Of a DNA stretch of 64,000 nucleotides, positions 1-12,149 are shown piece by piece. Source of the stretch: Octopus vulgaris (lineage: Eukaryota); assembly GCA_951406725.2 (NCBI GenBank), contig OX597834.1, forward strand, positions 8,742,001 to 8,806,000, written 5' to 3'. The notes below the pieces were generated by a model. The model worked only from the letters and a program-made list of their open reading frames with translations. It was not told the DNA's origin and did no database searches. Within the stretch, counting starts at the first letter, position 1; each line of letters begins with the position of its first letter. The position numbers were made by a program, and so were the translations under genes.

Positions 1-99
1 CATACTAGAAAGATGCACATTTATAACAGTGTGAATGTTATCGAGTTGTCTTTGTTAAACTACTAACACATATTTTCCTCCTTCACTTTGTCTCTTGTC

Positions 100-298
100 T
101 TTTAATTTTTCAGCTCTATGATGATGTGGGTTTGTTTGGATGAAAATAAACATACGCACATATACATACATACATACATACTTATATATACATATATATA
201 CATACATACTTATATATACATATATATATACATACATACTTATATATACATATATATACATACATACTTATATATATATATATATATATATATACATG

Positions 299-362
<64 letters not shown>

Positions 363-520
363 CACACAATATACATTTATATATATATTGGCGTGCATGT
401 CTATGCCTGTGTGTGTGCGCGTGTGTCTGTTTGTTTTTGTGTGTTTATACGTACACATACATATATATGTATACGTAGATACATACACATATATAATTCA
501 CACATTTAGACACACACTCA
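100..520. repeat. Compound (TA)n/(TACA)n/(CA)n microsatellite
   Basis: Directly visible di- and tetranucleotide repeats. Many similar tracts occur throughout the window, e.g. 15210-15760, 28940-29260, 37060-37190 and 50290-50500. Confidence 0.95.
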
Positions 521-794
521 CAAGTATATATACACAGGCGCAAAAGAGACATGTGTGGGGGTTCTTGAGTGTGTATATATATATAATGGTTGTCTACTCC
601 TTAAACAGAGTTCGACTACCGCTTGTACTTACACGTTAGTTCTATCATGGCATCTGATGTGGCCTTTTAAACAAGACAATGTTTTGTAAAAGACACTCGC
701 ATACATCGCCTATCTGCTTTGCACCACCCAGATCTACAGTAGACATAAGCAAATTAGCCAGATCAATACATAAATTATATAAAATGCATGAAAT

Positions 795-830
<36 letters not shown>

Positions 831-832
<2 letters not shown>

Positions 833-1036
833 TCGCCATGATAGATCGTTAGCCACTACACACATTTTTTTCTCTTCTTGTTTCTCTCCTTGTTTTTTCT
901 GTGTCGCTTTCTGTTGAAGAGCGTAGGCTCGAAACGTAAAATACTTTTTCTATTCCTGAGCGTTATACTATAATACATCTGTTTGTTTTGTACACCAACT
1001 GTCTTCGTCTTTTCTTTTGCTTTTTTAGTAAACTTT

Positions 1037-1040
<4 letters not shown>
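831..1040 (+). mobile_element. Penelope-like pLTR-type fragment with degenerate HHR-like motif
   Basis: Non-coding segment between (TA)n tracts containing CTGTTGA-A-GAGC(GTAG)GCTC-GAAACGTA at 911-938. The core has A6 replaced by T. Confidence 0.4.
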
Positions 1041-1075
<35 letters not shown>

Positions 1076-1077
<2 letters not shown>

Positions 1078-1370
1078 GGAGTAAACACATAAATGTGAAA
1101 CAAGGTGGAAAAAAGAGTACTCAAATACCAGTGGTAGAGTAATATGCTTTATTTAAAGCAGCAGAAAATTCAACAAAACCTGTTACTCTGAGTTTCCCGT
1201 TGCCGGCAACGTTAAATATATTTGCTGCTTTAAATAAAGCATATATATATATATATATATATATTCATATATATATATATATATATATACTTTATTTAAA
1301 GCAGCAAATATATTTAACGTTGCCGGCAACGGGAAACTCAGAGTAACAGGTTTTGTTGAATTTTCTGCTG
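1076..1370 (-). repeat. Repeat fragment with perfect 81-bp inverted duplication (1159-1239 / 1290-1370)
   Basis: The arms are exact reverse complements separated by a 50-nt (AT)n spacer. The minus strand of 1076-1200 reads GAAAC-TCAGA-GTA-ACAGG followed by AATAAA, which is pLTR-like. Confidence 0.8.
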
Positions 1371-1380
1371 AATATGAATA

Positions 1381-1448
<68 letters not shown>

Positions 1449-1692
1449 CATAAGTACGATATACACTTAGTTCCTGGATATATATCTACACTTGTAAATA
1501 TTCAGGGTAATCAGAATATTATCCCTTTCAAATATCTGGCCGTGCAACTCTTGCTTTCTTCTTTGGTTTCTCGCTCGGCTTGAAATATCTCTTAAAGTCT
1601 TTATGACGTAAACCTCCGTCGTTCTAACGCATATCAAATATTCTCAGTCGTGATATGATCATATCTATATTGTTTTGCTCATGGGATTTACA

Positions 1693-1890
1693 TAGGGAAG
1701 AAGGAGAAAGAGAAGACGAAGAAGAGGAAGCAGAGGAAGAAGAAGGAGAAGGAGAAGAAGAAGGAGAAGAATATCATGATGATAAAGAAGAAGAAGAAGA
1801 AAAAGAAAAAGAAGGTGATGAAGTAGAAGTAAAAAGAAGAAGAAGAAGAAGATGGAGGAGAAGAAGAAGGAGAAGAAGAAGAAGAAACGT
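1693..1890. repeat. (GAA/GAG)n polypurine tract
   Basis: Nearly all-purine trinucleotide repeat. It explains the acidic/Arg-rich ORF 1655-2071. Confidence 0.9.
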
Positions 1891-2265
1891 AGGAGTGGCT
1901 TTATGGCAAGAAGATTGCTCCTCAACCACATGTTTCCAGGTTCAGTCGAAATGCAAGTCACATTTTGCTAGTGTCTCTTACTATAGCGTCGGGCCGAGTG
2001 TATTTGGTAGAAGGAAACTAAAAGAATCCCGTCGTATAATTATATATCTACGTGTCTCTTTGTGTTTGTGATTGTCCCACACCACCGCTTGACAACCGGC
2101 GTTCGTGTGTTTATGCTCCCGATAATTAGCGGTCCGGGAAAATTGACCGATAGAAATTCCAGGCTGAGAAAAACATACTGGGTTCAGTTGATTCAACCAG
2201 AATTGCCCATGGCTTTGTCCCAGCATGGCCGCAGTGTAGTGACTAAAACAAGTAAAAGAAACCAA
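1891..2265 (+). mobile_element. tRNA-derived SINE family B (CORE-like, OK-type), degenerate
   Basis: Homologous to better copies at 52178 and 62741: head GGAGTGGCTGTGTGGTAAG, internal microsatellite, tail ...CAGCATGGCCGCAGTC..TGACTGAAACAAGTAAAAGA. Confidence 0.75.
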
Positions 2266-2299
2266 CAATACAATCGTCATCAACGACAGCAATGACAGT

Positions 2300-2672
2300 G
2301 GATGCGCAATGGCCCGGTGGTTAGAGCAGCAGACTCGCGGTCGGAGGATCGCGGTTTCGATTCCCAGACCGTGCGTTGTGTGTATCTATTGAGCGAAAAC
2401 ACCTAAAGATCCACGAGTCTCCGGCAGGGGTTGGGGTGGCGACTTCTCGTACTCTCTACCCCAACTTTCTTTCACTCTTTCTTCCTGATTCTTGTCCCCT
2501 ACTTCCTACGCAACCACTGAGCTGAGCCTGGATGCGCATTCATCCATCCGTCGATGCTCTCGGTGTCGGCGGTTGACCTGCTTTCTCTTCTGCGGGTCTT
2601 ACGAATAGCAAAGGACCACGTTTCGGACTTCTCCCATCTTGCGAGCTCTGGGACAAAGACCGCTACGCTCAA
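2300..2672 (+). mobile_element. tRNA-Arg-like SINE family C, tail variant 1
   Basis: Head GGATGCGCAATGGCCCGGTGGTTAG...GGTTTCGATTCCCAGACC has A/B-box-like motifs shared with the copies at 10843, 43307 and 49429. Ends at a (CAA/CAG)n tract. Confidence 0.8.
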
Positions 2673-2754
2673 CAGCAACAGCAACAGCAACGACAACAAC
2701 GTCTACAAAGCCATTTGCACGAACACGCGCTAAGATATCAGTACACACACATAT

Positions 2755-3369
2755 ATTTATTTACTACCCACAAGAGGCTAAACACAGAGGGGACAAACAA
2801 GGACAGACAAACGGATTAAGTCGATTACATCGACCCCAGTGCGTGACTGGTACTTAATTTAGTCCACCCCGAAAGTATGAAAGGCAAAGTCGAACTCGGC
2901 GGAATTTGAACTCGGAACGTAACGACAGGCGAAATACTGCTAAATTTTTCGTCCGGATTGCTAATCTTATCTTTACTACCCACAACAGGCTAAACACAGA
3001 GAGGACAAACAAGGACAGACAAACGGATTAAGTCGATTATATCGACCCCAGTGCGTGACTGGTACTTAATTTAGTCGACCCCGAAAGGATGAAAGGCAAA
3101 GTCGACCTCGGCGGAATTTGATCTCAGAACGTAGCGGCAGACGAAATACCTATTTCTTTACTACCCACAAGGGGCTAAACACAGAGGGGACAAACAAGGA
3201 CAGACAAACGGATGAAGTCGATTATATCAACCCCAGTGCGTAACTGGTACTTATTTAATCGACCCCGAAAGGATGAAAGGCAAAGTCGACCACGGCGGTA
3301 TTTGAACTCAGAACGAAATACTGCTAAGCATTTCGCCCGGCGTGTTAACGTTTCTGCCAGCTTGCCGCC
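2755..3369 (-). mobile_element. SINE family A multimer (about 180-bp units)
   Basis: tRNA-like head at 3369 (GGCGGCAAGCTGGCAGAAACG) followed by repeated body+tail units with B box GAGTTCAAATTCC. Confidence 0.85.
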
Positions 3370-3666
3370 TCTGTGCACACACATAAGCACACCTAGGTAC
3401 GACGTGTATTCTTTATTGAGACATTCCTATTTGAAAGTCATCAAGCCACCACGAGCAGTCAGCCGGTTCACCTGTTGTTTGTTCAACCAGCTGCTGCTGA
3501 TGTGTTATCTATTACTCAGGCTCACACCTGTACTTAGCAATCAAAACAGTCATTATATAACTTTTCACCAACTCTATCGCAAGCAGAATCTTAATGCTGA
3601 CTGCAATCATTTCCATCATTATTCTACGTATTCGTGTATGTCGTTTTCTCTCTCAACCACCCTCTC

Positions 3667-3697
<31 letters not shown>

Positions 3698-4430
3698 TTC
3701 CTCAACTCTCTTTCTGCTCACTCTCTCTCTCTCCCTTCATCCAACACAGACAAATACATGCAATATTTCTCTTCACGCACAGTGTTGATGATTCTGGCAA
3801 GTATTCAAATCTTTGTGGAGAGACTGGGACAATCTTGCCTTTTGATATTAAAATTAGATTACTCTACATTTTCTTTTTTTATGGAACATCTAAAAGAAAC
3901 GACGCACATATATTAATATCCTTCTTGTTTTTCTTTCCCTTCTTGGTAGACTGTTTGCCTCATTATAGATCTGTTTTGTGTGTATGTGTATGTACATAAA
4001 CTTCAATCATTTCTCTCTATATTCTGTCTCATGCAAGACAGATTTTTCGTATAATGAAGTAGTATTTAGAATTCTACTCGACAGTTCAAAAAATGCAAAA
4101 CTGTTTTTTTTTTTCTGTTTTCGTTTCTATAATATATTAAGTGAAACGAATATTCTACGTAGTCCCGATCCAGTTCGTGCCTATGTTTCAAGGACAAACA
4201 CATTAAGTAGAAAATACCAAACTGAGACATTCTCTTGTAGACACTGAATACGACATACGGTGCATAAAGTATTTTAAATGAAATTTTGAGAGAGAGAGCG
4301 AGAAAGAGAGACAGAAAGGAAGAGAGACAGAGAGAGAGGTAGACATATGGAGAGAGATAGAAAAAGAGAAAACGAGATGAGTCCATAACATAGAAATGTG
4401 AGCGATAAATATTTCTACTAAAGGCCTGAA

Positions 4431-4573
4431 ATTTTGGGGAAGGGAACTAATCGAATGCATCGAACCCCAGTGTTTCACTGGTACTTCATTTATCAATCCC
4501 CAAAGGATGTAACATATTGCCGACCTTGCCGGAATTTAAATTCATAAATACCACTATTTTTCCAGCTCGCCGT
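4431..4573 (-). mobile_element. SINE family A, degenerate single copy
   Basis: Contains the family motif ATCGAACCCCAG...ACTGGTACTT and the head remnant CCAGCTCGCC. Confidence 0.65.
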
Positions 4574-4588
4574 CTTAAATGTGGATAA

Positions 4589-4685
<97 letters not shown>

Positions 4686-4687
<2 letters not shown>

Positions 4688-4861
4688 AAACACATATAAC
4701 ATACAGAAAATTGCACTACTAGGCACTGCACACATCCTACGCAGAACACTTTCCATACAATAACCATCAGAGCATCACAACAAATCACAGCACATACCCA
4801 AGGCACACAGAGCTGCGCTCGGTAGTGAAGTGTAAGCACGCTATAAAAATAAAACTACTGA
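4686..4861 (+). mobile_element. 3' end of an R4/Dong-type LINE (second family) within (TAA)n
   Basis: Encodes QKIALLGTAHILRRTLSIQ*, homologous to the C-terminus of the 5034-6344 ORF (QKIVLMGTAHILRKILSM*). Flanked on both sides by (AAT)n. Confidence 0.8.
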
Positions 4862-4890
4862 ATAATAATAATAATAATATTGATAATAAT

Positions 4891-4941
<51 letters not shown>

Positions 4942-4981
4942 TATAATGATGATGATGATGATGATGATTATGATGATGATG

Positions 4982-5033
<52 letters not shown>

Positions 5034-5035
<2 letters not shown>

Positions 5036-6344
5036 TGCAAAGGCTACCTTTATCAAAGGAAAAATGACAGAAACATCTAACGTTAACCTTGACCAACAGA
5101 ATGTCATAAAAGAACTAGACCCAGCGGAGAGCTACAAGTACCTAGGGGTAATTGAAGGGAACGGAATAAGGCATTCAGAGATGAAGGAAAGGATCAGGAG
5201 AGAATGCTATCGAAGAGTGAGAGCAATACTCAAGACAGAGCTGAATGCAAGAAACAGGATCGAAGCAATCAATGCATTAGCTATACCAGTCGTGACTTAC
5301 AGTTTCAATATTGTTAACTGGTCAATTACTGAAATATGTCAGCTCGACAGAAAAATAAGGAAACTGTTGACAATGCATAGAATGCACCACCCTAAGGCAG
5401 ATACAGAACGACTCTATCTGCCAAGAAAGGAGGGAGGTCGTGGTCTTTTGCAACTGGCAATAACAATGAAGATTGCTACAATTGACCTAGACACCTACCT
5501 GAAAAAGTCTGAAGACTGGATGTTAAAACTTGTCTCAAAACATGAAAACAAGAAAGCATCATACTCAGTCACAAAACAGGCAAAGGAATATCTAAGTTAC
5601 GGCAAATACCCAAAGAGAGCGAATAATGCAGATATCGACAAAGCCCTGACCCATCAATGGCTAATGGCCTCTGGCTTAAAATCTGAAACAGAGGGCTTTA
5701 TCATAGCAGCTCAAGATCAATGCCTACCAACAAGAAACTACCAGGCCAACATATTAAAGATCAGAAGCAGTCCAACGTGTCGTGTATGCAAGCAACAAAA
5801 TGAAACCATTGACCATGTGGTCTCCAAGTGCAGTCTTCTAGCGCCTACAGAGTATCTCAACAGGCACGATAGAGCTGCACAATATATTCACTGGGTAATC
5901 TGTAAAAACCTGGATTTGCCCCATGAAAAAAACTGGTGGGAACACAAACCACCCCCAGTGCTTGAAAATGACCACATCTCACTCTTCTGGAACTTCACCA
6001 TTCAAACTGACAGGAAGATAGATGCAAATAGGCCAGACATCATATTGAAAGACTTCAAACAAAGAACATGCCTCCTCATTGATATGACTGTCCCAATCGA
6101 TATAAACGTATCTGTCAGGACCTACCAAAAACTGAGCAAATATAAAGATCTTGAAATAGAAATCAGCAAAATGTGGAAGCTGAAGACTAAAACAATACCT
6201 GTTGTCATAGGTGCCCTGGGAATGATAGAAAAAGGGGCTGATAGCTACCTAACTCAGATACCAGGAAACCCAAAAATGGCAGAAGTTCAAAAGATAGTGC
6301 TCATGGGAACTGCTCATATCCTACGCAAAATACTCTCTATGTAA
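5034..6344 (+). CDS. C-terminal part of RLE-type retrotransposon protein: end of RT/thumb, CCHC zinc knuckle, restriction-like endonuclease
   Basis: Stop-free frame from CAKATF. Motifs: YKYLG; RLYLPRKEGGRGL; CRVCKQQNETIDHVVSKC; RHD; RPDIILKD...LID...K..KY (PD-(D/E)xK type). Probably non-functional because 5'-truncated. Confidence 0.9.
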
Positions 6345-6374
6345 CCTCAAGGTTTAAAACAACCATAATTTTCG

Positions 6375-6405
<31 letters not shown>

Positions 6406-6567
6406 CTATTTTTTTTAGACATTCATTAGTACAACATCCCCACCCCCCAAATATATGGCACACTAGGCATAACAACAACATGAACTTCCAACCCTGTTGT
6501 CTCTTGAGGTCTCTGGGTGAGACTTGGAGCCAACTTGTACAAATATAAAGCAAAAGTCAAACATAGA
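5034..6567 (+). mobile_element. 5'-truncated R4/Dong-clade non-LTR retrotransposon inserted in a (TAA)n microsatellite
   Basis: RLE-type ORF plus a ~220-bp 3'UTR ending ...GTCAAACATAGA. (AAT)n tracts lie on both flanks. Confidence 0.88.
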
Positions 6568-6649
6568 ATAATAATAATAATAATAATAATCATAATAATG
6601 ATAATAATAATAATATTGATAATAATATTAATAATAATAATAGTGATGT

Positions 6650-6689
<40 letters not shown>

Positions 6690-6719
6690 AATAATAATAA
6701 TAATCATAATAATAATACT

Positions 6720-6786
6720 TCAGGCAAAAAACATGCCTCTTCATTGATATGACTGTCCCAATCGATATAAACGTATCTGTCAAGAT
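6720..6786 (+). mobile_element. Small internal fragment of the same Dong-type LINE
   Basis: CAGGCAAAAAACATGCCTCTTCATTGATATGACTGTCCCAATCGATATAAACGTATCTGTC matches 6055-6118. Confidence 0.8.
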
Positions 6787-6829
6787 ACGTTAACTATCCT
6801 TATAAACTGGCATGCGAAAATCTCTATCT

Positions 6830-7330
6830 GGAAATGACCTAGCAACCCAATGTGGTTCGTTCATGTTTTACACTTGCACATTCTGGAAATCCAATCGCTA
6901 CTAATCTGAGCAGGTTTTGCACCCTCACTTCTAGCTCAACATAATATGAACGTGCGTGCAATATGGCGTTCCAATGTCCGAGAAATCTTCCAGACTTCTA
7001 AAGGAATATATTAGTTCTTCCCTTGTCGGTGCAAAACATTCACCGATGTGAAGGAATCCTCGTCCCTACTGATTATATCCAGGACCACCAACTTCCTTTC
7101 TGGTTCCAGGAAGATATCCCTTACTTTGAGATTCTGCCATCTCAAAGAAGGACATCGAAGTTCCGTCCCGCATTGATATGGAGATAAGTAAATCACGAAT
7201 GTCAAGGATACAAGTAAATTTCGTATCCACCAGAGATAGGCATGAAAGCTCGTCGTTCGGAGACCGGATCACGCTGAAAGCCACGACATCTATAGTGAGT
7301 GACATGAGGTTATTGCGTCAGTACTCCTGT
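6830..7330 (-). pseudogene. Degenerate APE endonuclease region of a Tx1/L1-type LINE ORF2
   Basis: Frameshifted peptides SLTIDVVAFSVIR and LKVRDIFLEPERKLVVLDII resemble the N-terminal APE domain of Tx1-type ORF2 (motif recall). Confidence 0.55.
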
Positions 7331-7480
7331 TTCTAAAACGACCTAAGAACGTGTGCATTTATACTGCCTATTCAGAATAATGTATACCATTATTATACAA
7401 TGAGAAAGAATGAATAGAGAAAAAAGCTTTACAGTGATTTTAAGATGGTGCGAGATAGAGGCTTCGTTCTTCTGATTAAA

Positions 7481-7741
7481 TACTCTTACTCTTTTTACTC
7501 TTTTACTTGTTTCAGTCATTTGACTGTGGCCATGCTGGAGCACCGCCCTTAGTCGAGGAAATCGACCCCGGGACTTATTCTTTATAAGCTAAGCCCAGTA
7601 CTTATTTTATTGGTCACTTTTGCCAAACCGCTAAGTAACGGGGACATAAACACACCAGCATCGGTTGTCAAGTGATGTTGGGGGGACAAACACAGACACA
7701 CAAACACACACTTACACACACATACACACACACACACACAC

Positions 7742-7790
<49 letters not shown>

Positions 7791-7947
7791 CGACGGACTT
7801 CTTTCAGTTTCTGTCTACCAAATCCACTCACAAGGCTTTAGTCGGCCCGAGGCTATAGTAGAAGACACTTGCCCAAAGTGCCACGCAGTGGGACTGAACC
7901 CGGAACCATGTGGTTGGTAAACAAGCTACTTACCACACAGCCACTCC
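7481..7947 (-). mobile_element. SINE family B (CORE-like)
   Basis: Full head-to-tail homology with the 52178-52628 copy, including the GGCACTTTGGGCAAGTGTCTTC core and an internal microsatellite. Confidence 0.9.
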
Positions 7948-8679
7948 TCGATGTTTCCTCGAGAAGTTCTTTATCAAGTATTTTGTTAATGATTTATTTT
8001 CAAATTTCCAAGCAAATCATGATATTTATATGGCGTTGTATGTCTGTTGTATTATTTACGTGATTTTTTAATGAAATCGCTCTGAGTGATGTCTGCGCGA
8101 TAGTATACGTGTTCCATTAATGATTTGTTGTTTGTGTTTATTACAGAATAATTTGCGATGATTTTGTTGTTGTTCTTTTTTTATTTGTTTCCATGTTGGC
8201 ATTTGCTAGTATATGTGCGACTGGCTGCGTCTGTAGTGATGGTGATTGTGATGGTGATGACGATGTTGCTAATGTTCGTGTTGTTATTGGTACGTTGTCA
8301 AGGGGTTCTGTATGTTTGGGTCTCTCTGCATTTTTGTTGGCGACATTTGCCCTTTTGTCTTTCTTCCTTTCTTTCTTTCTACCTTTCTTTCTTTCTTTCT
8401 TCATTACCTGCTGTTGTTCTTCTCCTTCACCTCTACGACACGTCTCAGGGGTCACCTCCGAGACGAGGCATGTCTTTGGGTTCATTGCCGTTTTGTTATT
8501 ATGCTTTTTGAGGGGTAGCGGTGTGTTCAGTTGTTGATAGGTTGGCCATGTGCTGGATCTTGATGGCCGTGTTCCTGTTGTTGTTTCTAACGTTGGAATA
8601 GACTATTCCCTTCCTCCAAAATTTCAGGAATTGTGCCATTAGTAGAAAGGATTAAGATAAATACTATCTTTTAAAGTAT

Positions 8680-8900
8680 GGCGGCAAGCTGGCAGAAACT
8701 TCAGCACGCTGGACGAAATGCTTAGCAGTATTTCGTCTGTCTTTACGTTCTGAGTTCAGATTCCGCCGTGGCCGACTCTGCCTTTCATCATTTTAGGGTT
8801 GATAAGTTAAGTACCAGTTAAGTGCTGGGATCGAGTAATCGACACGACCCCTTCCTCCAAATTTCAGATTTTGTGCCTAAAGTACAGAAAATTATTGTTA
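8680..8900 (+). mobile_element. SINE family A, monomer
   Basis: A-box-like TGGCAGAAAC, B-box-like GAGTTCAGATTCC, central GCCTTTCATC..GATAAGTTAAGTACCAG, standard tail. Confidence 0.85.
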
Positions 8901-8911
8901 CAATTATTTAA

Positions 8912-9480
8912 GCCGGCGAACTGGCAGAATCGTTAGCACGCCGAGCGAATTGTGTAGCCGTATTTCGTCTGGCGCTACGTTCTGAGTTCAAATTCCGCCG
9001 AGGTCGACTTTGTCCTTTCATCCTTTCGGGGTTGATAAATTAAGTACCAGTTACGCACTGGGGTCGATGAAATCGACTTAATCTGTTTGTCCTCTCTGTG
9101 TTTAGTCCCTTGTGGGTAGTAAAGAAATAGGTATTTCATCTGTCGCTACGTTCTGAGTTCAAATTCCGTCGATGTCGACTTTGCGTTTCATCCCTTCGGG
9201 ATCGATTAAATAAGTGCCAGTTACGCACTGGGGTCGATATAATCGACTTAATTCGTTTGTCTGACCTTGTTTGTAGGCTCTGTGTTTAGCCCCTTGTTGG
9301 TAGCAAAGAAATAGGTATTTCGTCTGCCGTTACGTTCTGAGATAAAAATCTGTCGAGGTCGACTTCATTTTAATTCTTCGGGTTCGATAAAATAAGTACC
9401 AGTTGCACACTAGAATCGATGTAATCGACATAATCCCCACTACAAATGGCTGCTCTTGTGGTAAAATTTGAAACTATTAT
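8912..9480 (+). mobile_element. SINE family A multimer: head + 2x(body+alternative tail) + body+standard tail
   Basis: Units join at AAAGAAATA|GGTATTTC, seen at about 9130 and 9313. Ends in (ATT)n. Confidence 0.88.
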
Positions 9481-9599
9481 TATTATTATCATTATTATTA
9501 TCGTTGTTGTTATTGTAGTTGTTATCATTAACAAAAAAAAACAACAAAAATAATAACAATAATCATTATACTAATCATGATTCTCAATGTTTATAGATC

Positions 9600-9790
9600 G
9601 AGGGAGGGGATTAGTCGATTTCATTGACCCCACTGCTTGTCCGATATTTATTTTACCAACCCTGAAACGATGAAACGCAAAGCCGACCTCGTCGTGAATT
9701 GAACTTAGAATGTAACGAGCGAGAATGTAAAGACAGCGAAGCATTTATGTTGTTGTTCAAACGATTATTCCTCCTTGCCAACGTAATGAT
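9600..9790 (-). mobile_element. SINE family A, degenerate
   Basis: Motifs TAGTCGATT..GACCCCA and GATGAAACGCAAAGCCGACCTCG. Confidence 0.65.
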
Positions 9791-10499
9791 CATTATTTCT
9801 ACTATATCCCCAAGAACTGAAATTTAGGGACATTGGGTCTAGACGATGATATCGACCCTGTTACTTATCTGCGATTTATGTTATCTACCGCGTAATTTAT
9901 TAAGTGTAAAATATAGCTCGGTGGAATAGGAACGCGGATTGTAAATTCGGATGAAACACTGCTAAGCATTATGTCCGGCGAGTCACCATGTCCTGTACTA
10001 ACAACGATCACGAGGGCAATGATCACAACGATGATGATGTTGATAACAATGATGGTCGTAGGCGAGGTTTTTAATAGTGGCATGCAGTAAAGATGGCAAA
10101 TCTTCTAATAATATTAGGATATCTTACTCCAAGTGAATCAAATATAATATAATAAAGAGACATTATATTTCAGCATTTTTTCTTTCTATTTCCTAGTGTA
10201 GTTTTGACTGCAGTTTCTAGTTTTTTTAATTTTCATTGTTTGTTTTACCCTCATTGTTTTTCTTTTCAGATTGGCTGATTGTGTTTTTATCTCACTTTGT
10301 TTCTTTGCACTTCACAACATTATTTTAGGTCTGCGAGACATTTGGAGCGAATTTAGTGTGAATTTGGCTTTTAGACAAATATATTTTACGTCTGGCTCGT
10401 GTTCTATTACAGCTTCTGGCTCCAGTAAACATTTTTTGACTTGACTCAGTAGATTATGTCGAATTTGTCCATTCAGTATTATCACTTAAGTTTATCATC

Positions 10500-10558
<59 letters not shown>

Positions 10559-10842
10559 TAAAATATTGGCTTTAACTAACTTGTTATTCTGTGAATATCT
10601 TGCTTTGTATCTATTTGCAGGAGGCATACACAGACAGGCAAACACATCCCATTTGAATATGTATAAATATATCCGTATATGTATGCATGTATATATGTAT
10701 GTATGTATGTATTTTTGTATGTATGGATGTATGTATGTGTATGTATGTATATATATATATATATATGCGTGTGTGTGTGTGTATATATATATGTGTATAT
10801 ATATACATACATATATTTATATATATATATATATATATATAT

Positions 10843-11100
10843 GGAGGCGCAATGGCCCAGTGGATAGACCGAGCATTGTGAGTGTTTATTGAGCGAAAAC
10901 ACCTAAAAGCTCCATGAAGGTCCGGCATGGGGTAGTGGTGATCCGTACTGTACTCTTTCGACACATCTTTCTCTAACTCTTTCTTCTGTTGGCCTGCTCG
11001 CTTAGCTAGTGGGGTGGCGTCATTTGAAGGCTAAAACAATGCGAAGCGCATAGTGACTAGCGATGTGTAGCAACATCTGATAGCTTGGTCGGTGACGGTG
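10843..11100 (+). mobile_element. SINE family C, tail variant 2
   Basis: Head GGAGGCGCAATGGCCCAGTGG with internal deletion. Tail ...CATCTGATAGCTTGGTCGGTGACGGTGATA is shared with the 49429 copy. Confidence 0.85.
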
Positions 11101-11139
11101 ATATATATATATATATCTGTATACAATACTATATTATAT

Positions 11140-11180
<41 letters not shown>

Positions 11181-11431
11181 CTCAAACAGGCATACACAGA
11201 GACACACACACATATAGGCATGTATGTATGTATCTGTGTGTTCGTGTGTGTGTGTATAGTTATGTATATCGATGTGTATATATATTTAAGTATCTATTGC
11301 TTTGTCAGAATATATAAAAAAAATAGAACGTCTGAAACATTGATTAAAGTGCATCGAAATCACATGTATGTATGTATGTATGTCTTTATATATATATATA
11401 TATATATATTTATTTATTAATCATATATATA

Positions 11432-11470
<39 letters not shown>

Positions 11471-11770
11471 GAGGGTAAATTATATAATTATTAATCAAAC
11501 CAAGTGTTCAGTATGCAAAGGGACCATTTGAAGTTCGAAATTCGAACATTATTACATTATAGAAAAGGGCTTAGTAAAATAAATTATTTGCAAAACCATA
11601 CTAACTCATTATATATAGCAGCTCAAAAATTTTGAAAGCATTTCTAATATTAAAGAAAATCTACTATATGAACCCGAAGATTTTCAAGTATTAGAAATAG
11701 CTTTAAAAGTACTAGTTTTCAGCTGAATATTTAATGAGTTCTACTATGCGGCAAAGTTTTATTTTATTCA

Positions 11771-11809
<39 letters not shown>

Positions 11810-11877
11810 ATTGTAAATAAAACGTGTTTCTAAAATCAAATGCGACAAGGTTGGGAATTCTTTATGGCAAAACCAAC

Positions 11878-11923
<46 letters not shown>

Positions 11924-12149
11924 GGTTTTGCCATAAATAATTCCCGTTTCTTGAATGTAAATTGTACGTCGCATTTCGAACTTCAGATGTTTAGAAACAC
12001 ACCTTTTTTTAAATCTTATCTCTCGTTCATATTGAAGCTGCTAAAGGGTCCACATCATACTTTAATACTGAATCTTACTCCTCTGACATTAATGAATGAA
12101 AGTTTCTATTCGACGTGAGGTTGTGAGGGGTTACGAATGGGGGGGGGGG

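Noticed and set aside
1655-2071. 138-aa ORF with acidic then Arg-rich runs (protamine-like look)
   Set aside because: It derives from a (GAA)n tract running into a SINE; no splice or homology support.
2300-2375. Possible tRNA genes at SINE heads
   Set aside because: A/B boxes are present but the cloverleaf is incomplete, and each head continues into a SINE body.
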